A DNA stretch of 64,000 nt, from NCBI RefSeq assembly GCF_009914755.1, contig NC_060930.1. The stretch is one strand, 5' to 3'. Positions within the stretch are counted from its first letter, which is position 1, and every line of letters starts with the position of its first letter. Under the pieces are notes generated by a model. That model worked only from the letters and a program-made list of their open reading frames with translations. It had not been told where the DNA came from and did not search any database. Shown one piece after another: positions 15,335 to 29,803 of this stretch. A program made the position numbers and the translations under genes. The stretch comes from the human T2T-CHM13v2.0 reference genome, Homo sapiens.

Positions 15335-18300
15335 TTATGAATACAAATTAAAACACAACATACTAAAACATGGAATGCGGCAGAGATGCTCCTCAGAAGT
15401 AAATTTATAGTAGTGAATGCCTACATTAAAGAACATACAGGTTTCAAATAAATACTTAATCTTATACAATAAACAACTAGATTATCAGGAAAAAAAATGA
15501 GACCCAAACCTCCCAGAAGGAATGAAATAATAAAGTTTAAAAATGTATTCAAATGAAATATAGAATGGAAAAACAATAGAGAAAATCAATGAAAACAAAT
15601 GTATATTTTTTTGAAGAGACCAACAAAATTGACAAATTTTTGGCTAGATTGACAAAAAAAGAGAAGATTCAAATAACAAATTGGTAACAAAAGAGGGGAC
15701 ATTACTATTGACGTTACAGAAATTTTTAAATATTTTAGAAAGTTCCATATATAATTTTATATGTCAAAAATTAGGTAAACTAGATGAAATGGACAAATTC
15801 CTAGAAACAAATAAATTACCAAATTGACTCAAGAAGTGGAAAATCTGAACACATTTAGAATAAGCAAAGAAATTGAATCAATATTAGAAAACCTCTTAAC
15901 AAATGAAAGTTCATGACCAGATGGTTTCAATTTGTTAACTTTACTAAACATATAAAGAAAGCTACTACCAATCCTTCTCAAACTCTTTGATAAAAGACAG
16001 AACCCTTTCTAACTCATTCTATGAGACCAGCTTTACCCAAGCACTACAGCCAGATAAAGACTTCATAAGAAAGGAAAACTAACAGACCAACATCACTTAT
16101 GAATGTAGATATAAACATTCTCAAATACTAGTAAACCAAATATAACAGCATATTATATAGATTATATACTGCAGCCAATTGGGATTTATCTCAGGGATGC
16201 AAATTTGATTCAACATGAGAAAACCAATCAGTGTAATACACCACATTCATTGAATAATAAAAACAACAATTGATTATCTCAACTTATCCTGAACAAAAAA
16301 TCCTATACTCTTCCATAATAAAAACATTAAATAAGCAGAAATAGAAAGTAACTTCCTCAACATGATCAAGCCCATATTTTAAAAATCCACAGCTAATACA
16401 ATTGTTGTGGTGAAAATCTGAAAGCTTCCCCTAAAATCAGGAAAAAGACAGGGATGCACACTTTCACCACTGCACTAGAATTTCTACCCAGGGAAATTTA
16501 AAAAGAAAAAGAAATAAATGTCATTTAAATTGGGAAGAATATAGTACAACTTTTTCTACTGGCAGATGGCATGATCCTAAATACAGGAAATCTAAAAAAA
16601 TACATAAAAAAGCTACTAGAATTAATAAATAAAATCATCAGCATTGCAGGATACAAGATCAACAAGCAAAAATCAGTAGTGTTTCAAAATATACCAGAAA
16701 TTAAAAATTTAAATTTAAAATTAAAAATCTATGATAGTGGCATCCAAAACAATGAAATAACTAGAAATAAATTTGGTTATGTCTAGTGGGGTGTGTGATG
16801 GTGGTCATTAAAGATTTGTATACTGAATTTTTTTAATTGCTAAAAGAAATTAAAGAAAATCCAAATAAGTAGGAAAAATATCTTGGGTTCATTGATGTGA
16901 GACTTCATATTTTATTAAGATGTCATTACAACCAAAAGTGATCTACAGAGTCAATGTAATCTCTATCAAAATTCCAATGGCCTTTTTTTGCAAAATGTAA
17001 AAATCAAATATCAAATTCATATGGAATTGCAAGAGGCACAAGATAAACAAAACAATCTTTAAAAAAAATTGAGGACTCACACTTCCCTGTATCAAAACTT
17101 ACTATAAAACTATAGTAATCAAAGCAATGTAGTGCTGGCCTAAGGACAGACATACCAATGTAATAGAATTGGGAGTCCAGGAATAATTCCATATGTTTAT
17201 GGTCAGCTGATTCAAAAATCAAGAGGGCCAAATGACTAAATGGGAAAAGGAAAGTCTCTTCAAAAATAATGTTTAGACAACTGAATATCTACATCCAAAA
17301 GAATAAAACTGGAATCCTACCTCACACCATATAAAAAATTAACTGAACATGGATCATTGGCATAAATATAAGCACTAAAACCATGAAAGCCATAGAAGAA
17401 AACATGATTAAATCCAAATGACCTTAGATTTGTCAATGAATTCTTTAGCTATAAGACCAACAAAATTAAGCAATAAAAGAAAAAAAACCAGATAGTTGTA
17501 TTTCATCAAAATTGAAACCCTTTGGACATTAAAAAAAAAACATGTATTGTTTTTCTAGGTTTCCTAAGACAAAATGCTACAGACTGGGTAGCTTAAACAA
17601 TATAAATTATTTTCTTATAGTTTTGGAAACAGGAAGTCCAAGGTCAAGGTGTCTGCAGGTTTAGTTTCTCCTGGGGCCTCTCTTTTTGGCTTTCAGATGG
17701 TCACTTTCTCATTGTCTTCACACAGGTATTCCCCTATGAGTACATCCATGGCTCTTCTTCCTCTTCTTATAAGGACACCATTCCTATCAAAGATCCCACA
17801 GGTATAACCTCATTTAACCTTAAATTCCCTAACTTCAAATACAGTAACATTCTGGGTTAGGGTTTCAACATACACATATAGAGTAACACATTTCACATTA
17901 TCAAGAAAATGATAACCTAGAGAAGAGGAGAAAATGTTTGCAAATCATATTTCTAATAAGTGCCTCATACCCAGAATATACAAAGAATATGTACAATCAA
18001 CACCAAAAAGACAAACAACCCAATTTAAATAAATAAATCATGGACATGGGTAGACATTTCTCCAAAGATATATAAATGGCCAATAAACACATGAAAAGAT
18101 GTTCAGTGTCATTAGTTATTAGACAAATGCCAATCAAAACCACACAAAGTTACTACTATCACACCTGCAAAAGTGGCTATAATTAAAAACATGCAAAATA
18201 ATTATTGATGTAGATCTGAAGAAATTGGAGCCCTCCTTAATCGCTGGTGGTAATGTAAATCATTCAGCTTCTGTGAAAATCAGTCTGAAATTCCTCAAAA

Positions 18301-18825
18301 AGATGAACATAGGAGTAACCATATGACCCTCACAATTCCACTCCTAGAATAGAAAACTATGTGCACACTCATGTTCACGGTAGTGCTATTCACAATAGCC
18401 AGTGGTGAAAACAGTCCAAATGCCCATCAATGGTTAAATAGACAAAATGTGATATACACATAAAATGGAATATTATTTGGGATATTATTCACCCATGAAA
18501 AAGACATTAATTACTGAGACATGTATAACATGGATGTACTGCCAAAACATGTTAATTAAAAGAAGCTATAGAAAAAAGGACATATGTGAGTATATTTACA
18601 TAAAATATCCTAAAATCCATAGAGAAAGTGTTCAGATTGGTGGCTGTCAAGGAGTGAGTAGGATGAGAAACTGCTTAATGGTTGTTTTAAAATTTCACCT
18701 GATGGAATTGTTTTGGAACTAGATAGAGGTGGTGGTTGCACAACACTGTAAATGTACCAAATGCCACTGAATCACTCACTTAAAATGGTGAATTATATGT
18801 TATAAAATTTTCACCTGAATAAGTT
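15335..18825 (+). mobile_element. L1MB4/5-type LINE, ORF2 to 3' end
   Basis: Degenerate ORF2 (IAGYKINKQKSV); 3' end ttttggaactagatagaggtggtggttgcacaac; interrupted by MLT1. Confidence 0.85.
17543..17898 (-). mobile_element. MLT1A/B MaLR LTR nested in L1MB
   Basis: tgtatt...agactgggtagcttaaacaa...gtccaaggtcaaggtgtc...ttataaggacacc...ctcatttaacctt. Confidence 0.8.
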
Positions 18826-19264
18826 ATTTTTTAAAAAAGCAGTGAGATTTCTTCTAATTAACCATTTTATGGAAAATATAAATGAGAAGTATCTCTATTC
18901 ACATATTGCTCCTGAATCCCAAAGGAAAACCAAGTGCTAAAATACAATAAATAGTTTGTGAAAAGTAATCTGTGCAGACTCATATTTATAAATTCACTAA
19001 AAACCATCACAGGAACAAAATTCATATTTCATTTTAAAAAATCAATACTTCTCAAAATTTAGAAAAAAGAGGAACTCTTTCTAATCTCAGTGGAAAAGGA
19101 GCTCTACACAACCACACTCAATCAGAAAATACATTCAGGAAGTAAAGTGACTTGTGATCCTGGAATTAGATGAAAATGGACTCTGGATCAATGTTAGAAT
19201 TGTGTTGTCTTCATGCAAAGGACTCTTCTATAATTTCGCAAAGCTAGTTTCTAGCATGATTTAC

Positions 19265-19944
19265 CTGGAGCTTTTTTGTATATTTTGCTAGTGAGAGGCC
19301 TTATGTTTAGAGAGTATTGTTACCAGTTTATGGTCATTTACAAAATTAAGAGAACTTTTTTTCTGGAATTCAATTTTCTGTCCCTAGGATGTGCATCTCT
19401 TCATCATCAGACAAATAGACTTAAAGCCAACTCATTGTTACTCTCGTCATCAATAAAGGAAGAAGAAGTAAAGAAGGTAAAGGTAAAGAGGATGTAAAAG
19501 TTATCACTTCAGGACCTTTTCCAAAAGTTTTCACATAACGTCATTGTTTACATCTGACTTGCCATTATGTGGACACATGAACACATCTAGTTGTAAAGAA
19601 ATCCTATTATTTGTCATTGTCACCATTACATGTGCCCATGTACCTAGGAAGAAATCAATGTCCAAATGTAGGGGGATTGGCACTGGGATAGGCAAACAGC
19701 AGCCTTTACCCATAGTCTGCTCCTTTGGTTACCAATATATCCATGGATATCCATTTTCCTGTATATAGAACACATTTGTCTGCTCCCCAAGGAGAAGAGT
19801 TGGTATGCCATCCATTACTCACATCTATTTGCAGCCAAGTGTTCACAATCACTGAGTAACATGCAGTTCTTTCTACTAGATGCAGATAAGAGATTGCAGT
19901 ATCCTGAAACCAGATGCAGATGAGAGGTTGCAGTATCCTGAAAC
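19265..19944 (-). pseudogene. Pseudo-exon 9 (ricin-B-like repeats)
   Basis: Acceptor tctcagtttgtag, donor CCAG|gtaaat; frame-hopping reading FQDTAISYLHL..WLQIDV..KMDIHGYIGNQRSRLWV..PYIWTL..FIDDESNNELAL..S*FCK..KIYKKAP; 34-bp internal duplication. Confidence 0.62.
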
Positions 19945-19945
19945 C
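19878..19945. repeat. 34-bp tandem duplication (2 copies, 2 mismatches)
   Basis: agatgcagataagagattgcagtatcctgaaacc / agatgcagatgagaggttgcagtatcctgaaacc. Confidence 0.95.
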
Positions 19946-21051
19946 TACAAACTGAGACACTAGTTACTTGCACCATACACATGTAATAAAATGATGATAT
20001 AAGAATACATATTTCATTGAGAAAACCTGGGAAACACATTAGCTGATAGCCAGTTGGAATTAGCAAATAATGTTCGGCATAAAAAATAGAGACTCTACTT
20101 CAGGAGTAGAGCAAGTTTTCTGTTTAGACTACACTCTAAGCTTTTGATTCTTCTCTTTGGGAGGATATCCTTTCTCTATTGTACTTTGTGACCTCTTCAT
20201 CATGTGTTATACATTTGCCTTTGGGTGCACATTCTTGAGGGACATAGAGATTTCATAGCACATTTCATGCTGATGAAATTTGGACATGCTATAACATGGA
20301 TGTACCGTCATGGGGATTCCTTAAGGCTTTTAATGTTGGGTCCAATAATTGGGTCCAATTCAGATTTATTTTTCAATAAAATTTCTTGAAAAATGTAGTA
20401 AATTTCTATTTGCTTCTAGTCAATTATATACGCAAATAATCACAATCAAAGTCTTTGTCTAAACAGATTTTTAAGTGTGAAATCTTCCTAAATGCTTATT
20501 TTAGCCTCTTGGCTCTGGCCATCCTCCTTGTAATGTGGATGCCATCTTTATTACCAAGCTCATAATCTTTACAGAGGGGGATGCAAGTCTACTAAATTTG
20601 TGGCTATGCAGACACTCTCTCTTTAGTTACAAGTTGAGATAACAGTGAAGTTAGATATTTCAACCCTGAAAGTTTTAAAATCTCCTATTGTAGATTTCAG
20701 GCAGAAAGGCTCCTTTAGCAAAGCTCTGTTTTCTTTCTCTCTTTGTATTCCATCTAACCTAGGCATCAATCACTCAATCATTTGTAGGATTTTTCTAATA
20801 GATTCAAGAAATAGCACCAATAAAATTTCAAAACTAAGAAATTATTTTTCCTAATACTATATCCTAAGTTAATATGCAATTTGTCTTCCAAGGTGAAAAG
20901 TTAACTTATTCAATAAAACATGACAAGGGTCACCTGCTTTCCTACCTGTGATATACATGCTCCTACCTCCCACCACCCTACTAATTACACAAACCAATTA
21001 CATGGCTTAGTTTTCTTGAAAAATAGCTCTACTGGTACCATATTCTACAAC

Positions 21052-21490
21052 TGTATGTGTTATATTTGGCTGTGAATAATAGAAACACAATAATAGTGGC
21101 TTAAAATCTAGAAGTTTATTTCACTCTTACAGTAATATTCACATGTAAGCAATCAAGTCAGCCATGAATCAAGCTACTTTCTACTTCCTTCTCTATCGTG
21201 GCCATCATAGATCTCACCCTCATGATCCAACATGAACCTCCAGCCATCACATTGGCTAATTGCAAACAGCAGTGTAGATGATGCAGCAATACACTTCGGG
21301 AACTCTGTAGAAAATTTCTCAGGAGGAATTGTTATGTAATAGTTCTACTTTCATCCTTTTAGTCATATGCCGCTACTCAATGCAAAGATGAGAAATGTAT
21401 CTTTCATTTCAGTTGGCCGTGACATCAATTAGAAATTAGTGGTGTTGTTTGGAGGAAAATTCCATAGGGAAGACAGCTGGCAGTCTCTGC
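21052..21490 (-). mobile_element. Old MLT1 (J/K/L-type) LTR
   Basis: tgtatgtgttatatttggctgtgaataatagaaacac...gtggcttaaa...aagtttatttcactc. Confidence 0.5.
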
Positions 21491-23054
21491 ATAGATTTCT
21501 TCATTGTTCTTTAAATCCGCCGTATTATACAATCATTTTAACAATTAATGAAATAACCTTGATATTAGGAGGCTGTAAAAGGAACTTGACCCACCTGACT
21601 TTGTGCTTTTTGAAATGTATTTCTATTTTATAACTTTTATCCATCACCGCGCCCTGTTTCTTGTGATATTTCATGGGTCTGACCTCAAACATAAGGATAA
21701 TATTAATCAAATGATCTTGATTATTCAGTTGGCAAATATTAAAGGCAGATGTAACATAGATTGAAAAAAATGAATTTTTATATGAACAAATGGAGACTGA
21801 GTTATTTAACTAGATCTTTGCTGATGTGATGTAAAACAAAGAAAACAGAGATAAAAACAATGTTTAATATACAATTTAATTATTCTTTAACCAGCAAGAA
21901 ATAAAAATTAACTTCTCAATATGTAAGTGCAAATTGACAATTTTCTGTGGTTCTTTAGAATATATATGTATGTTATAAACAGTGAGATTATTGGCAGATA
22001 GAACTTAACTTTCTCTTGAGTTAAGCATTTATTGCATATGCAATCTGTGACAAATGCTATAATAGGTAGCAGAGCTCATAAGGACCAACATATACATGTG
22101 CCTGCCTTTTACCATCATTTTTACATGTGGTTCAAGGTACGCTTTTTGATTCTATGTCCCCAACATGCTGCCTCCAAACAGTTTCTTAAAAAGTTCTGTT
22201 ACTATTAAATTGCATGAAATCTTAGAACTTCATATAGTGCTTCCATGAGGGAATCCCTCTCTTGCATTAACGAGGAAACTAATCTTCTTCCAAATCTTCA
22301 ATCCTGAAAATATGAGTCCAGAAATTTGAAAAGTATAAAAAATTATTGTAAGCTTAGCTATCAATATAGAGAGGTTGATGGACCAAGAAATTCACTGACA
22401 TCAAATAAAAAGCAAAAACAGGAAGTCTAACAGGCAGGACTAACAGGCTAAGCTCACCCTTTCTGGGAAGCTGGAAAGGATCACCTAACAGAGACGCAGT
22501 CAGAATCTAGTCAGTTTTGCTTGCAGCCTTTGCACTATTACAAGAGTGTGATCCAGGCCTGCTTTGCTGCTAAAAGTGAGTCAATTTTGTGTGTGTGTGA
22601 ATAAAACCAATAGTAATAGATTTGTGCAGGTAGCATTCTTTATAAAAACCTATGAGTGGTGTTCCAAGAAATAAGTTTTGGAAGCAAAATATGACCTTAA
22701 TTAGGCAATTCTGCATACGAGTATGTGTAGGAGGCTAATGCTGCTAAGAGATGCCAATGTTGCAATAATCAAACACTATCTTGAGTGTTTCCTGGAACTT
22801 TCAAGAATTTGGGTATTACCTGTAGACTATAATTTTTGTAGCTACTATTAAATATAATTTATTAAGCATTCTTGATATCCATATTAATGAGTAGAATATA
22901 AAGAACACTGAAAATATTTAAGAATAATTTATGATTTTGTGATTCTCTGATAATTTGGGAATTCTGATATCTCCTCCATGAATCCTGAAAATTAGTATCT
23001 GTCAGGAATTTGAGACACCATGAACTCCTTTGTAATTTCTGTTAGACTATAATT

Positions 23055-23450
23055 CTGGTAGACTGCAGTTATCATTTGTTTGCAGCCTTCCCGATCTCTT
23101 CTCTAATTTGAATAACTCTATTTTCCATTTAAGAAATGGCCCTTTTGCCATTGCACATGGTCTTCACCTGATTAACTGTCATTTCTCATTTCTGCGACCA
23201 CAGAGGATAGGTCAATGCCCCACATGTGGCAGATCATGCCTGACTCAAGCATGATCTACCATGCCTTTCCCTGGATGCCGAACTTAGCATCAAGTTCCTT
23301 CCAGAGCCAATATTGAGACAATACCAATAGAAATAAAAGTTTAAAACTAGAGGAACGACTGGGCTGAGTATACAGATTTTGCCTTCTTGAGAGATAGCAG
23401 CTACAGCAATGAGCATACTGTCTTGTTTCCCACACTCTCCCGAGGCCCAT
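23055..23450 (+). mobile_element. Old ERVL-class LTR fragment (LTR16/LTR33-like)
   Basis: tggtagactgcagttatcatttg start and catgcctgactcaagc core; weak similarity only. Confidence 0.35.
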
Positions 23451-24335
23451 GAGTGAAAACCTCAATACTCCATAGCACCAATAGTGTTCTGCTAGTTGAG
23501 TGAATGAGGGAGAGAGTATAATGATTGGCAAGATGATGACCAAGAACATATCCTTGAGAAACTGTATTATGAACCCAATTTAAGATTGATATTGGTGTAA
23601 TCTCTCATTTATAACATAAAAATATTTCCATAGCAAGTAAAATAAAATTTTGTCTGTGTGTATATTCATTTTCTTTCCACTTGCTGGAAATGAAATCAAG
23701 TCCAAGAAAGAATAATATTGAAGCTAAATTGATTATTGCATATATAAAGTTATTCCAATTGCTAAAAGTAATTTCAGGAGTATGTTTGAGTAATGAATGT
23801 CTCTCTTTTTAGCCTGACTATATCCATAATAAAATATCACTAAACATATCTCTATTAATGCATTTTCTTCTTAAAAGATTGAGGAATTAAACTGGATGTG
23901 GTTAATGAAACTTACTTTAATCCATCTTGTAAAACACGCTGATAAAAATCTGTTAAATTCCTCATTTAAAATATCACACATATTTCATTTAGCTACTACG
24001 CTCCTGAACTTTTTATTCACAAACTAAATTAAAAGTAATAATAAATTAAACTAGTCTATAGCTTTAAAAGAAGAAAACTAATATTATTTTTTGTTCAGTT
24101 CCCATATGTTCTTAAGTATTGCCGTTTGTCATAAATTTCATGTTTTCCTTAATTAACTCTATAAATAACATATTAAAGTGAAATACTTGATGAAAATTAA
24201 AACTAAAGACTTGTAAAAGCTATACCTGTCTAAGGGTTTGTCAGCTAAATTATACCTTCCACCATAGGTGTCAGTATGATGCCTCAGTTGTGTTTCAAAA
24301 TTAGAAAAACAAAAGACTAAAAAGACTAAAATCTC

Positions 24336-24613
24336 TTTTTTTTTGAGATGGAGTCTCCCTCTATTGCCCAGGCTGGAGTGCAGTGGTGCAACCTCGGCTC
24401 ACTGCAACCTCCACTTACCAGGGCTCAAGCAATTATCCTTCCCTAGCTTCCCGAGTAACTGGGGCTACAGGCACCCACTTGGCTAGTTTTTGTATCTTTA
24501 GTAGAGACAGGGTTTCACCATGTTGGCCAAGCTGGTCTGCAACTCCCAAACTCAAGTGCCGCCTTGGCCTCCCAAAGTACTGGGATTATAGACGTGAGCC
24601 ACCATAGCTGGCC
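24336..24613 (-). mobile_element. Alu (old S/J), diverged
   Basis: gagatggagtctccctctattgcccaggctggagtgcagtgg...cctcccaaagtactgggatta. Confidence 0.93.
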
Positions 24614-26853
24614 TAAAAACACTCTTTTTAAGAGAAATGCTATAGATTAATACTTCGGTCATGTTACTTCGTCTTTTCTCTTTATAAGTCATATACACCT
24701 TTAAAGAAATATTTGAAGCCTGACTTCACCTATGACTCTAGGCCTTATTTTCATCTTACTAGTAGTGCCACATAACAGAGTTTGCTTCCGAAATTATAAA
24801 TTATTTTTTAATTTTTCCTCTTTGTAGCTCTCCAATTATATTCCCAACTATTTGAAGACACTGACTTAGGTAAATATTATTTAAGAATCTCTATTGTGTC
24901 TGATATAAAACATAAAAATATACTTCTTAAAATAGAAGTATTATAGAAATACTATAGTAAAATAAAAGTATAATATAGACTACGTTATGGGTGATTTTAA
25001 ATAATGTTGAAACAGGAAAATTATTTTTCAATATTAGAAAATCCCAGAAGTCATGAAGATTCATAATTTTATCTATATAACATTTTTAAATCCCTCATTT
25101 GGAAAAAATTATAAATAATTAGAATAAAGTATAAATGATGGTTTGGAAAAATATTTGCAATTATCTCAGAAACCAAAGGGCAACTTTCCATAATACAGAT
25201 TTTTAAAAATGTTATACATTACTGAGAAAAAGAATAAATTTACCAATTACAAAATTGGTGAAGGGAAAAAAATAATTGGGCCTTTAGTAAATAAAAATGA
25301 CATTTATGATCACTCCTAATAAAATAGATGCAAATAAAAACTATAGTAAAATATAGCTATTTTAAGAAGTAAATGATTAGCAAAGACAGAAAAACGTGGT
25401 AACAGATAACAAAGTTTAACACAATTTAAAATAGTAAACTTTCCCTCAGCTGCTCTTCACATGCCAATTTAAAAGAAAAATTTACTCCATAGCACCTATC
25501 AACATCGAACATACTCTGCAGTCTATTTAAATAAGCTGCACATAACAAGTGTCACATGGCCTACATAAGCAGTTTTTCAACTTTGAGGCTCCACCTTTCT
25601 CTAGATTAGTCATGAACTTCAGGCCCTGGGGCCAGGAATGACAGTGCTTCTATGCCAGGCCTTCTCCTCCTCCTTCACTCCCTTCCTCCTTCTTTTCTCT
25701 GTCTTCTTTTTCCTGTTCATCTTCAACTTTATCTCCTTCCTCTTTCTTATGCACATCTGCTTTGCATAAAACTCTTTTGTCAAACTGGTGAGAAACAAAG
25801 CTTCCTTGAAAAAATTATCCACAAAATGCAAAGCTCATTGATAATGTAAAAAGTTAAATTCTAAAACTCTGTTTGTGTTGAGGTGAGACACAGATTTTCA
25901 TTTTCTTTTATTGTTTTATGGCATAAAATAATTCTATCTGGGGAGGAAGAAGATAGATGGCTGCTGTAGTTGTGCTGGTATAATCTGGACTAGAACTCAA
26001 TAGTTTATAAATGTTAAGTTAACTTACAAGCAACATTCTAGTGAGTCTGCTGTCAGTAGAACTCATGGTAACTCTGATAATTTTAATGATCATAAAACTG
26101 AGGTAGGAAACAAATATGACCATTGTGTTTAGAAACCATGATCCTTCAAAACTTGTATTTCTTCCTAAATAAATACTAATAGGGACTAAAAAATTAAAAT
26201 TGGTAGTGAAGTCTTTACCAATTTATGTGATCAGTGGTATTCTCTTAATATTAACATAAATCTTTATTGATTCATTAGATATTTTTAGTTTTAAATAAAA
26301 TGATCAGAAATGTCAGCAAGGGCTATGGGAAAAAAGGGCTGGGTAAGAAAATTTGAAGTCTCACCTGACTGGAATGTAGCAATTGCAGATAGATTGGTTG
26401 GGATTTATTTTATATGAAATACAAAATATATAAAGGCCACTCTGGTCTCTTACATAAAATACTCAGCAGAAGCCCTACCACTTTATAATAATTCAGTAAG
26501 TGTTAACATCTTATAACTAAGGTATCATTCAATTCTAAAATCATTTAAGGAACTTTTGAAATGGATGTAGTGTGTATATTTCCAGGTTAAAAATGAAGCA
26601 TTTTTAAGAAAATTACTTTTATTTATTTTAACTCCTTTGAAGCACTCTTTGAAAACAATAGAAGTAAGGAAGAAATTTTGGGATAGAACAGAAAGGAATA
26701 ACCAACCAACGGAGTTACTGGAAAGAGTTCACCTGTAACCAGATAAGGTCCGCTCTCAGACCAAAAACTTGCTGTGTTCTACCTCCCTCTCAACTCTTTC
26801 TAGGTGCTCTTCTGTTCTGTTTTCATAATCTCACCTTCAGTATTATCAAATAT

Positions 26854-27495
26854 TGACACAGAATGGCTGGACTCTCAGCTCAACTCCACCCTCTAACCTA
26901 GAACCTCGGCCCTAAGTGAAAACAGCTGACCCCATTTTTCCGCCCAAATGATTGCCCTTTTGGCCTGCCCCGCCCCCTATCTTGTGAGTATAAAAAGACT
27001 GCAGCTGGCCAAGCAATAGAAGCGGCTGGTGCAACAGGTTGGGGATGCAGGCTGCTGAGTGTTGAGGATACAAGCGGCTGAGCATCTCAGACTACAGACA
27101 GACGCAGCTAACTTCAGAGGGTGCGGCTTCAGGGAAAGATCACCTTCTTCCCGCACCATCCCCTTTCCAACTCCCCATTCCACTGAGAACCACATCCATT
27201 GCCCAATAAAATCCTCTGCATACACTACCCTTCAATTAGTGACCTGATTCTTTCTGGACCCCGAACAAGAAATGGGTGCCAAGAGGGCAGGGGATTGGAT
27301 GCTGCTGTGGAACGCATAGAGCCTGCTCCTACCAGAGAGAAGCAGCTAGCTGATTCCAGTGTTCCTTTCTTCTGGTTCCTGCACTTGCTTGCTCGCATAC
27401 TCCCTCTTGCAAGGAGTGGCCAGCAGCAGGCTAAGGGTAACAAGCCACTCCACTTCCCGCCCATGAAGGGAGGTCAGGGGAACAATCCTGTCTCA
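26854..27495 (+). mobile_element. MER50-like ERV1 solo LTR
   Basis: TG...CA termini, perfect 4-bp TSD atat; ggccctaagtgaaaacagctgacccc core; TATA-like tataaaaag near 26988; aataaa near 27205. Confidence 0.85.
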
Positions 27496-27540
27496 ATATG
27501 AAATCTAATTTCAATAGAGGATTAAGTAGCTACCAAAAAA

Positions 27541-27612
27541 TGATAGATTAGATAGATACATAGAGACACAGATATAGATAATATTGATAGATATAGATAT
27601 AGATATAGATAT
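27541..27612. repeat. (GATA)n/(GATATA)n microsatellite
   Basis: Directly visible. Confidence 0.85.
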
Positions 27613-29803
27613 ACTGCATCCATCTGGTGATAGATTTCTGTCTTCAGAGGTGGAAATAGCAGGCGAGATGGGGGTACTAGATCACAGAGATCTCAATTGT
27701 TTAACTCCTCAGTTTGCACACCATGATAATAAAGGACAGAGGCTGTATTTTCCATAACATATTCAATGACTTTATTTTGCAAAATCTCATTTCTTATCAT
27801 TGATCATTTTCCAACATCAGATGTTAACTTTTTCTCTTTGACCAAAAAAAAATATGTTATCATGTGTTCTTTTCATAAATGTTTCTTTATTTCAGTAAAA
27901 AAAAAAAAAACTATTAATTTCAATGATGAAAACAAGGTAACACATTAAATTATGGAATGCCATACAAAGGGGGTATTATTTGTCAGTTTCAATATTATAT
28001 ATGCGTTTCTAGGAGACAGAAATATTTCTGCTTTAGTTATGTTTATTTTACTGCACTGTTCCATACAAGAACACATTGCAGGGTTAACAGTTTTTAAAGT
28101 GACTCATAATTTTGTGCACATCTCTGCTATATTATCGCAATCTGCATTCTGTTTAAGTTTTAAATTTAAAAATAATTGCTTCTTATTAAAATCTCCCACA
28201 TTGCATTATTGCTGGTCATGCAGAAAATTACTTTGCTGCAGGAAACAAAACTATCCAATATAATCTTTTCTCCTTATAGCAGAGGAGATAATTGGATTAA
28301 TCACAAGTCAAAATCTTGGAAGTAGAGTGCTTGGTTGGCTAAACTGAGCCATGCCTGTTGGCGATGATAGATGATAGAGATTCGATAACGCTAGATAATC
28401 AAGTGAAGCTAGTCACCATGATAATGATTATTTTTTAAAATACTGGAATTTGTTAATTATCCACCAAATATGAGGAGAAGCTGGACTTGCCCTTTGAGGG
28501 AACTAGTTGCCTTGTTAAGACATCATCATATATCCACGTCCACTTAGGCAACTTGCTCCTCTGCTTATCTAGAACTATTGTGTCCATGTTGAAAGCTTGT
28601 GATGAAGTAGGGGTCTCTCATATTGTGAATCTTAGCCATGATTACTGCAAATGTTAATTTTTTTGCTAAATTTTTCTTTTTTCTCTTCTATTAAGCCAAT
28701 TCAAAGTGTGATATATTTCTTGAAACTGTCTTACAGCTCTTTTAATATTCTCTTTTGTTTTGTTCTTTTCATTTTTTTTTTTCTCTTCTCATTTCAGTTT
28801 GGAAATTTTCTATGGGCTTACCTACAGCTCACTCATTCTTTCTTCAGTCATGGAAGTTGATTAATAAACCCATCGATGGGCCTATTCTTTTTTCTCCCTT
28901 AGCATTTTCTTTTGTTGTTTTCTTAGTTTTTTTTCTTTTTTCATTTCTCTGTTTATATTACACATCCCTATTTTTTTTTTCTGTTAAGAGTCCTTAACAT
29001 AGTAATCACAATTATTTTAATTTCTCTGAATGATGATCCTAACAGTTGTGTTGTACCTAGGTATGGTTCTGATTCTTGTTTTGTGAAGTAAAAGTAAAGG
29101 AGTGACTTGATGAAAAATTACAACTGCAAATGCTTATATTAAAAAAGAAGAAAAAAGAATTAAAAAATTAATGATTTCAGCTCCCACCAAAAGAAGCTAG
29201 GGAAAGAGGAGCTTGATTATTAAGTAAAAGTAAAAAATAGATAAATAAATAGAAAAGACATCTCTGAAAGAAAAAACAAACTAATGATAAAGTAAACAAA
29301 CAAATGTTATTTTAAATAAATTATTAAAAACAATTTTTAAAACTAGATTGCTTAAACAAAAGCAATGAAAGAGTAGGTTGCACTATATTTGTAACACACA
29401 ATGGCTAAGAGAATATTATCTTAACAACTTTATGCTACCAAGTCTGGAAACTTAAAGAAAAGTGGCAAATAGCTTGAAAAACACAAGTTATCAAAACTAG
29501 TTTAAAAAGTAACTGAAAATCTAAGTAGTCCTATTTCTGGTAAAGATATATAACTGATGATTAAAATCCTTTATACAAAGAAAGAAAAAAAGAACAAAAA
29601 ATAAACAGCCTTATGTAAATGTACTGGTAAATTTTATTAAATATTTAATGAATGAAGCATATAACTCTTAGTTGATAAAGTACAGTAGGAAATGTTAACT
29701 TATTTAATTATGATTACCATAATACCAAAATTAGAAATTCAAATAAATATTTAATGGATGAATCATATAAATCTTAGTTGATGAAATAGAGTAGGAAATG
29801 TTT

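Noticed and set aside
19759-19822. Apparent 64-nt intron (GAT|gtgagt ... atacag|GAA) within exon 9
   Set aside because: Very short for a primate intron, and the sequence aligns better as coding against exon 7; treated as cryptic sites
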